Shown: positions 8,226-14,380, numbered from the stretch's first letter. The stretch is 14,380 nucleotides of DNA from Candidatus Hermodarchaeota archaeon (GCA_048885925.1 JBHLLG010000068.1:1-14380); one strand, 5' to 3'. Numbers and translations: made by a program. Notes: generated by a model from the letters alone, not told the origin.

Positions 8226-9374
8226 CTATAATTCTGTTCCAAGCTTTATAGTTTTATCCCTAATTTGAGAATCAGAGCTAATTTTGCAATTAGGTGCAAT
8301 AATTGCTTTTTCTAGCACTACATTATCTCCAATTTCACAATTATTACATATTATACTTTCTGTTATAATACACCCAGCGCCAATCTTGATCTCATCCCAT
8401 ATTACACTTTTTTCAACTATTGTATCTTCTCCAATAGTAACATGGTTCCCGATTGAGGTTAATTCCTTAATTTTTACTCGATTTCCAAGCACAACGTATT
8501 CTCCAAAACACGTTGGTTTTTCAATTATAATATTTTGACCTGAATTTATAACTCCCATTACAAAAATTTCATCATATTCAACACCACTAGGTAAAATTGG
8601 CCATGCATATTTACGCAACAAATCCCAATTCGCCCATAAATAGGTAGTTGAATTTCCTGCATCCATCCAATAATAGTTTTCAACAAATCCATATAGATCA
8701 TATTTGTTTTCAAGAAGATATGGAAATACTTCTCCTCCAAAATCCATTAATCCAGATTCATGGAGTACATTTCCAATTTTATTATTAAAACAATAAATCC
8801 CTGTGTTAATGATATTAGTATGTAGGAATAGATCTTCTCTTTGAGCCATACTACTCAAATACAATTCCATTGGAGCAGGTTTTTCTAAGAAAAGGTAAAT
8901 TTTTCGATTTTTATCCAATAAAACTACTCCATATTGGGAAGTATGGCTTTCAACAGTCTTCATTGAGATTGTTACTAGTCCTTCTTTATTAGAATGGAAT
9001 TCCATAAATCGTTTCATCGGTAGATTAGTAACAATATCGGCCATTGAAACAACAACATTGTTTGAATCTATTTGTTCAGTTAGAAGCCTATAAGCATCAG
9101 CAGTACCCTTACTCTCTTGAATATAACATTCTAATTCTACATCACCCAATTTGTCAGGCGTCCATGTCTTTTTAATGTAATCTTTTAATTCCTTTCCCAT
9201 ATATGCTAAAGCAAGAATTATATATTTTATGTCTGCGAATACTAAATGTGCTATAGCATAGTCAATCATAGGGACATTAGTGACTTTTACAAGTGGTTTC
9301 GGGATTATTGAAGTTAAAGGCATTAACCTTTCTCCCTTACCTCCAGCTAAGATTATCGCAGACCATTCTCTCAA
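8226..9374 (-). CDS. NDP-sugar pyrophosphorylase (mannose-1-P guanylyltransferase / glucose-1-P adenylyltransferase-like) with C-terminal left-handed beta-helix
   Basis: 'AIILAGGKGERLMPLT...PKPLV', 'GTADA', 'YGVV', 'FLEKP', 'INTGIY', 'DFGGEVFP', 'YWMDAG', then hexapeptide repeats. TTG start with GAGG (9383-9386) 8 nt upstream. Confidence 0.9.
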   Translation of the reverse strand: MREWSAIILAGGKGERLMPLTSIIPKPLVKVTNVPMIDYAIAHLVFADIKYIILALAYMGKELKDYIKKTWTPDKLGDVELECYIQESKGTADAYRLLTEQIDSNNVVVSMADIVTNLPMKRFMEFHSNKEGLVTISMKTVESHTSQYGVVLLDKNRKIYLFLEKPAPMELYLSSMAQREDLFLHTNIINTGIYCFNNKIGNVLHESGLMDFGGEVFPYLLENKYDLYGFVENYYWMDAGNSTTYLWANWDLLRKYAWPILPSGVEYDEIFVMGVINSGQNIIIEKPTCFGEYVVLGNRVKIKELTSIGNHVTIGEDTIVEKSVIWDEIKIGAGCIITESIICNNCEIGDNVVLEKAIIAPNCKISSDSQIRDKTIKLGTEL

Positions 9375-9452
9375 TATATTATCCTCTAAAGAATTTTCAT
9401 GTATATAACATATTTAATAGATATAAATCTAATTCAATTTGAATTATAAAGG

Positions 9453-9472
9453 TTATCCCTATAGAAGGATAA
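9453..9472 (-). other. Small RNA hairpin just after the GalT-like stop codon (UUAUCCUU-CUAU-AGGGAUAA)
   Basis: 8-bp stem including one G-U pair, 4 nt after the stop at 9477. Could be a terminator or a 3'-end stabiliser. Confidence 0.4.
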
Positions 9473-9476
9473 TTCT

Positions 9477-10703
9477 TTATTTAAGATATTTCTCTAATGA
9501 ATTTCTTATCTCTTTAGCAGCAATATGAGGCAATTTACGTGCAACCCGCATATCCTCTGCCATTTCTGCTCCTCCGATCGTTTCATGGGGAATAATATCA
9601 GCAAACATGTGAAAATCAGCATCATATCCATATGGACACCCATTTAGTAAGATATTACGATTTTTATCGATTCCCAAGTCATCTAATGCTTGAAAAATGA
9701 TCTTTAATGATTTCGCCAGATCTTCAATTTGATTAACTTTTAATTGAGCAAATCTTCGCAGGTGTTCAGTTGGATGAAATCTTACATGATAATTCCTTAC
9801 AGGACTACCTGTATTATAGAATGTCCAATATTTAGTTTCTAATATAATGCGATCTGTTCCGCCATGAGTTGTTTGACATAAATGACAATCATCTCCCATT
9901 TCTTTGAAAGCTTCAAGATATCCTTCCAATCGGCTTCCATGACCATCCATGTTTAAATCAATATATACTTGACTATGTAATCTAGGTTGGGAACCACCAA
10001 CTTTAGTACCGATATTAAAAAATGGCATAACAGGTATATCATAATAATCTTGATTAATAGATTCTTCAATGCAATAGAGAATTGCTGCTCGCATTGAAAG
10101 AAATATTCCTGCTAATACTTCTTCTGGAATCAAATTAAAGCATAATGATGGATAAAAATTGCGCGAAACTGTTACTAAATTAATACCCTTTGATAATTTC
10201 AAATGTATTGGGAGTTTTTTTTTGATATCTTCTTCAATTTCTTTATCTACAACCCTTGCCATAGAAGGATATCTATTTATTAAAGTTACTGCTTTACATG
10301 TATCAGGAATTTTATCTATTCGGTGTATAGTTTCTGAAAAAGGATTATCTCGTCTTATTTCATCTTGAGTGATGATTATAGTATTTCCATCTCCTATTGG
10401 CATTCCCCAATCATCATGAACTACTTTTCCTTCAATAACTGATGAAAAAACATCACGATATTTTGCCATAACTTTCTTTGAACAATCATAGAATTGTTTT
10501 TCCTCTTCATCGCTTTTAAACCCTTTTGGTCTCGTTCCTCTAATTGGAGATATATACGAATAATGACCGTAAAATCTCGTTCGTTCTTTACGAAGACCAA
10601 AAGATTCTGACTTTATTTTCACTGTGGATAAAGGATCCCACCTTTTTAATGGAATTTCATAAATATCTTTAAAATTTTCCTTGTTTATGATTCCGAACTC
10701 CAT
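9477..10703 (-). CDS. GalT-like (HIT superfamily) nucleoside-diphosphate-sugar phosphorylase / hexose-1-P nucleotidyltransferase
   Basis: 'ISPIRGTRP', 'NRYPSM', 'FFNIG...GGSQPRLHSQ' (HxHxQ variant), 'CHLC', 'RIILET', 'FHP.EH', 'FHMFADIIP', 'GGAEM'. May start 15 codons earlier at an ATT (10748). Confidence 0.8.
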   Translation of the reverse strand: MEFGIINKENFKDIYEIPLKRWDPLSTVKIKSESFGLRKERTRFYGHYSYISPIRGTRPKGFKSDEEEKQFYDCSKKVMAKYRDVFSSVIEGKVVHDDWGMPIGDGNTIIITQDEIRRDNPFSETIHRIDKIPDTCKAVTLINRYPSMARVVDKEIEEDIKKKLPIHLKLSKGINLVTVSRNFYPSLCFNLIPEEVLAGIFLSMRAAILYCIEESINQDYYDIPVMPFFNIGTKVGGSQPRLHSQVYIDLNMDGHGSRLEGYLEAFKEMGDDCHLCQTTHGGTDRIILETKYWTFYNTGSPVRNYHVRFHPTEHLRRFAQLKVNQIEDLAKSLKIIFQALDDLGIDKNRNILLNGCPYGYDADFHMFADIIPHETIGGAEMAEDMRVARKLPHIAAKEIRNSLEKYLK

Positions 10704-10779
10704 AAAGTGAGGTTTATATTGATCTTGATTTCTTGGTTTATCAGAAATAAAAATTACCTCTTACTTTTCTCATATAGAT

Positions 10780-10787
10780 TTTATAAA
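10780..10787 (-). promoter_or_regulatory. TATA box (TTTATAAA) of the GalT-like gene
   Basis: Consensus archaeal TATA box preceded on the minus strand by an A-rich BRE-like stretch, about 20 nt upstream of a GAGGT SD-like motif. Confidence 0.5.
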
Positions 10788-10846
10788 TATTATTTTGTTG
10801 GTATTTATTTTTTACTCAATTGATAAAATCCAATAAAATCCTAAAT

Positions 10847-10874
10847 AAAAAAAAAAGAAAAGAAAGAAAGAAAA
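10847..10874 (-). terminator. Oligo-U / polypyrimidine terminator of the RHH gene
   Basis: Minus strand reads TTTTCTTTCTTTCTTTTCTTTTTTTTTT starting 20 nt after the TGA, the typical archaeal U-tract terminator. Confidence 0.7.
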
Positions 10875-10894
10875 TTTGAAATGGTATAGAAAAA

Positions 10895-11185
10895 TCAGTA
10901 TTCCAGACGCTTGATAATCTTGTAAGTTTTAAACTCTCTCACCGGTTCCCCCTCTCTATCCAAGCGTTCTATAGGAACTCTAACAAAGTGGTCATCATCA
11001 AAATCTTGAGTTTCGCTTTCTTTATATTTGGCTATATTATCAGCCATTTTTAGTTCTCGAAGTAAGAAGTCTCTTACTGCTACTCTAATTAATTCAGATC
11101 GAGATGGATAAAGCCCATTCTCCCCCACCAATTTTTCTATACTGTCGAGATAAGATTCAGGTATATTAACAGTAACTATTTTCAT
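10895..11185 (-). CDS. Ribbon-helix-helix (CopG/Arc/MetJ, CdrS-like) transcription regulator with C-terminal extension
   Basis: 'MKIVTVNIPESYLDSIEKLV...GLYPSRSELIRVAVRDFL' shows the beta strand, helix A and the SRSE.IR.A helix B pattern. SD-like GAAGTGAT just upstream of the ATG. Confidence 0.9.
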   Translation of the reverse strand: MKIVTVNIPESYLDSIEKLVGENGLYPSRSELIRVAVRDFLLRELKMADNIAKYKESETQDFDDDHFVRVPIERLDREGEPVREFKTYKIIKRLEY

Positions 11186-11189
11186 AAAA

Positions 11190-11276
11190 TCACTTCTTTG
11201 GTTTTCTTGAATATGCCAAATTAAAAATTCGGCAAGTGAACTAAGCCAATTTTTAAAATGGTCGCCTTAAACCACA
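11190..11276 (-). ncRNA. Candidate structured cis-regulatory 5' leader of the RHH gene
   Basis: Long hairpin (11245-11261 with 11216-11233), outer stem (11269-11274 with 11199-11204), and loop/SD complementarity (11234-11239 with 11190-11195). No known family recognised. Confidence 0.5.
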
Positions 11277-11309
11277 ATTTTTCTTATAAGATATTTTATT
11301 ACACATTAC

Positions 11310-11328
11310 TATATAAATATTTTTTTTT
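11310..11328 (-). promoter_or_regulatory. BRE + TATA box (TTTATATA at 11317-11310) of the RHH gene
   Basis: Minus strand reads AAAAAAAAATATTTATATAG. Usual archaeal spacing puts the transcription start near 11285, giving a leader of about 100 nt. Confidence 0.6.
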
Positions 11329-11643
11329 AACACGTTAATACATTTAAAGTAATACTATTTTGTCATTCATTTCCACTTCCAAAATGTATATAAATATATT
11401 AATTTTTAAAATATTTCTATACTCCTCAAATTTAAAGTCAGTTTTGGATTTCATTTGAGTATATAAATGTGGTTAAAAAATCTTTATTATAATTCAAATT
11501 TAGATTAAAATAATTTAACAAAATTTAGAAATTACATAAAACTTTTTTATTTATTTATATATTCTTAAACAAATTTTCAATTTAAATAATCAAATACTTA
11601 AGTAAAAATTAAATTAAATAAATCTCTCTGCTTTCAATTTAAT

Positions 11644-12846
11644 ATGAAGAAAAAAGGTTTATTAATTATAATAATAATTATTGTGGTTATTGGTGCATCG
11701 GGATTTATCATTATTCCTCAATTATTAGAGAATCCACTATGGGAGGAAGATTTTTTTGATCCTGGAGATAGATATGAATGGAATCGTTTAGATTATATGG
11801 ATATTATTTTTGAGAATGAATCAGATATTTACGCGCTGAATGGTGCTTGGTCAAGTACAAATAGTTGTCCTTTTGTTAGAGCTCATTTAGGTTTTGATTT
11901 CTCTTTAATTAACGATTCAAAAGTTCTTGCTGCAGCTCCAGGACAAGTTAGTCATATTCGATTAATGGATTGGGGAAATGAGACAGAAAATAGATACATG
12001 ATTGGAGTAAGTATAAGATTTAATCATACTGTTTATGTTAATTACGGATTTGAACCATGGACTACCGATATTAATGACCACGAGCACCAACAAAGATTAA
12101 TAAATATTAATATAGGAGATTGGATAGAAATAGGTCAGGAAATTGGAAGATTCTTACAAATAGGACCTGGAGCTCATATTCATTTCGATGTCATTGAAAA
12201 TGATATACGAACACGGCTTGATAGGTATTATTCTCAAGCTGCTTACGATAGAATGATGGGTTTAGTGCATATTTGGCATCCTGAATGGCCATATTTATGT
12301 TATGATGAAAGCACACCATTAGATTATGTAAATACAACTTTTAGTTCAAAACTTGATATTCAAAAAGTGGAAAAAGCCTATTCTAATACAACTGAATGTC
12401 CATGGGGATCAGTGCATTTGGGATTTGACTTTTATTTTGAAAATAATAAAAGGATATATTCTGCTGCACCAGGTTTAGTAAAGTCAATAATTATTATTGA
12501 TCGCGGAAGTGGATCAAATCAATATGCTATAAATATAACAGTACAATTTAATGAAAAAATTCAATGTGAATATATATTCGAGCTATGGTCAAATGATTTT
12601 AATGATGTAAATATACAAATGTCTACGATCTTAATAAATGAAGGGGAATGGATAATGTTAGGATGGAATCTCGCTGATTTTCACTATGTTAATACAGATT
12701 CCCATCTACACTTTGCTATTAGAGAAAATGGAGAATATCCTTTACTTACAAACTATTTCTCTGGTACGGCATCTAATATTATGTTGGATTTAGTGCAGAC
12801 TCATAATTCTTCTTGGAATTATTGGTGTTATTATGGTCAATCTTGA
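11644..12846 (+). CDS. Membrane-anchored/secreted protein with two tandem M23 (LytM-like) metallopeptidase-type domains
   Basis: N-terminal KKK plus hydrophobic helix. Each repeat has HxxxD ('HLGFD'), 'AAPG.V', a 'G(D/E)WI..G' motif and HxH ('AHIHFDV', 'SHLHFAI'). Confidence 0.8.
   Translation: MKKKGLLIIIIIIVVIGASGFIIIPQLLENPLWEEDFFDPGDRYEWNRLDYMDIIFENESDIYALNGAWSSTNSCPFVRAHLGFDFSLINDSKVLAAAPGQVSHIRLMDWGNETENRYMIGVSIRFNHTVYVNYGFEPWTTDINDHEHQQRLININIGDWIEIGQEIGRFLQIGPGAHIHFDVIENDIRTRLDRYYSQAAYDRMMGLVHIWHPEWPYLCYDESTPLDYVNTTFSSKLDIQKVEKAYSNTTECPWGSVHLGFDFYFENNKRIYSAAPGLVKSIIIIDRGSGSNQYAINITVQFNEKIQCEYIFELWSNDFNDVNIQMSTILINEGEWIMLGWNLADFHYVNTDSHLHFAIRENGEYPLLTNYFSGTASNIMLDLVQTHNSSWNYWCYYGQS
11788..12831 (+). 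repeat. Intragenic tandem domain duplication (unit 1 11788-12303, unit 2 12319-12831; period 177 codons)
   Basis: Both units begin 'LDY' and end 'CY', sharing 'CP....HLGFDF', 'AAPG.V', 'I...FN', 'Y.FE.W' and 'H.HF'. Confidence 0.9.
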
Positions 12847-12869
12847 CTATAAAATTATTATCCATTTTT

Positions 12870-13922
12870 TTAATATTCTTCCTCTAAATTTACAACATTA
12901 AGAAAATCTTGTCTTCCTTGAGACATTCGAGTTATATTTTCAATAATTTCATCCCATCTCAATAAATCATTGAAAGGAGAATATCCCCTGTGAGGTGAAA
13001 GTACAATATTATCTAAAAAATGGAAAGGGAAGTTAAATGGAAATTTTTTTCCCTCCTCGTTCTCTTCTGGAGTATAATTATACCAGACATCAATCGCAGC
13101 ACCTTGAATAATTTTTTCTTTCAATGCTATGAATAAACTTTCTTCCTCAATGATTTCTCCTCTACTAACATTTACTAATAATCCTTTGGATCCTAATAGA
13201 TCCAATTCATCTTTACCAATAATATTTTTAGTTAATGAAGTTATAGGTACAGCAATTATGAGTATATCAATATTTTTAAGAAATTGATGTAATTGGGAGA
13301 ATTCATACCTTGTCACATTTGTAGAAAATGATTCTTTTTGCTTTTTCCAATCTTTTCTTAAAATGCAAAATTCAATATCAAAACCACTCAAAAAGCGATG
13401 AACTTTTCGATTTATTGCTCCATATCCAAACAATCCAACTTTTTTATATCTTAACGGAATTGAAACAGCATCATCATCTCCAGTTCGCCATCTTCCTTCT
13501 CGCATCCATTCATGATGGGGAATAATTTTATTCATAAGCGCTAGTAATAGTGCTATAGTGTGTTGAGCGACGAAATAGGAATTTCCATGGCCATTAATAA
13601 GATAAACCTTTCTCATCTTATTGATTTCCCTGAAAAGGTCTATGAGATGATGAATCCCTGCTCCTGGATTAATAAATAATTTTAGATTTGTAGCTTTTAA
13701 TAATAAACTCTTTGATGGGCGCCATCCTATCAATATATCTGCCTTAGGAATAATTTTGAAAAAATTTTCTTCTTTTGTTTCTTCCTTAAAATTAAGTTCA
13801 ATATTATCGAAACTCTTTAATTTTCCAATAATATATTCCTTTGCGTTCTCAGGAATGTTAGAAATAAAACATACTCTAACAATTCTAACTGAATCGCTTA
13901 CTAACTCATTTGAATCATTCAT
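12870..13922 (-). CDS. D-isomer-specific 2-hydroxyacid dehydrogenase (NAD-binding)
   Basis: 'PGAG', 'GNSYFVAQH', Rossmann 'VGLFGYGAI', 'VPITSLTKNII', 'LVNVSRG' (Arg), 'GAAIDVW', 'LSPHRG' (His). Confidence 0.92.
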   Translation of the reverse strand: MNDSNELVSDSVRIVRVCFISNIPENAKEYIIGKLKSFDNIELNFKEETKEENFFKIIPKADILIGWRPSKSLLLKATNLKLFINPGAGIHHLIDLFREINKMRKVYLINGHGNSYFVAQHTIALLLALMNKIIPHHEWMREGRWRTGDDDAVSIPLRYKKVGLFGYGAINRKVHRFLSGFDIEFCILRKDWKKQKESFSTNVTRYEFSQLHQFLKNIDILIIAVPITSLTKNIIGKDELDLLGSKGLLVNVSRGEIIEEESLFIALKEKIIQGAAIDVWYNYTPEENEEGKKFPFNFPFHFLDNIVLSPHRGYSPFNDLLRWDEIIENITRMSQGRQDFLNVVNLEEEY

Positions 13923-14081
13923 CGGTTTAAATATTTCTAATTTTTTTAATAAAAAAGTTTATGCGTTTATCCTTATTTCTAATAAATTATATTTTATTCA
14001 AATAAATTTTTATATCCAATCTGTTTGTATAATTATAAATATCTTTTATTCAAAATAATTAAGAATAAAAAGGTAAAAGAA

Positions 14082-14380
14082 TTGTCAGAACAGAAGCTTT
14101 TTGATGTTTTTATAAATACGATTGAATTTGATCCCTCTGATTTTTTAGTCTCTAGTGAAGAACAGCAACTTACTGAGTTTCAGAAAAAAACTATTGAAAG
14201 TGCAACTTCTATAATGAAGGATAATATTGTTGGAGATATAAAATCATTTGGAGGTAATCTTAAAATAAATGAAGAAAAATTCAAAAAACTAGAAAATCAG
14301 ATAACTGAAGAATTAAAAAATGAACAATATGAAGATATTAAAAAAGAATTAAAAAATTTTACTAAAAAACTACGTGAATT
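14082..14380 (+). CDS. Hypothetical protein, 5' fragment (not in the ORF track)
   Basis: TTG at 14082 with AGGT (14071-14074) 7 nt upstream. 99 sense codons run to the window edge (MSEQKLFDVFINTIEFDPSDF...KKELKNFTKKLRE) with a charged, helical composition. Confidence 0.75.
   Translation, partial: MSEQKLFDVFINTIEFDPSDFLVSSEEQQLTEFQKKTIESATSIMKDNIVGDIKSFGGNLKINEEKFKKLENQITEELKNEQYEDIKKELKNFTKKLRE

Noticed and set aside
8226-9374. NTP-transferase plus LbH protein considered as eIF2B gamma/epsilon-like
   Set aside because: Keeps the full catalytic and sugar-binding motifs (GGxGxRL, PK, EKP, W.D.G) and sits among sugar genes.
7473-10368. Short ORFs 7473-7667, 8284-8538, 8558-8740 and 10159-10368
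   Set aside because: All are nested in or antisense to confident CDSs and have no family features.
10847-10874. (GAAA)n-like microsatellite
   Set aside because: Better explained as the U-rich terminator of the RHH gene on the minus strand.
11231-11268. GGCGA...GUUC...GCC in the RHH leader considered as a fluoride riboswitch
   Set aside because: Lacks the GAUG core and the downstream conserved elements, and the gene is not fluoride related.
13328-14058. Plus-strand ORFs 13328-13525 and 13756-14058
   Set aside because: Antisense to the dehydrogenase or running into AT-rich promoter DNA, with low-complexity I/F/S/N composition.
1-14380. CRISPR arrays, tRNA/rRNA genes, IS elements, integrases
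   Set aside because: No regularly spaced repeats, cloverleaf or GC-rich RNA blocks, terminal inverted repeats or transposase/integrase motifs were found by eye.

Overview
AT-rich (about 30% GC by eye) archaeal-type window. TATA/BRE promoters, oligo-U terminators, frequent TTG starts, a CdrS-like RHH and a 3-TM mini-MCP suggest an Asgard (Lokiarchaeia-like) genome; this is inference. It holds 11 complete CDSs and 2 truncated ones. The core is an interrupted sugar-nucleotide/alpha-glucan cluster: a GH57 branching enzyme, an NDP-sugar pyrophosphorylase with LbH domain, a degenerate PGM/PMM-like protein that looks like the split-off C-terminal half of the bacterial MPG1-type fusion, a GalT-like protein lacking one Zn site, and a UxaE epimerase. 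Also present are an ABC substrate-binding protein 3' end, a 7-TM orphan, an MCP, a membrane-anchored Ntn hydrolase, an RHH regulator, a membrane-anchored tandem M23-like metallopeptidase and a D-2-hydroxyacid dehydrogenase. The best leads are (1) a ~100-nt leader of the RHH gene that can fold into two competing structures, one an H-type pseudoknot covering the Shine-Dalgarno site, (2) the double M23-like surface protein, and (3) the split pyrophosphorylase/pseudo-mutase glycogen module. No rRNA, tRNA, CRISPR array or mobile element was seen.
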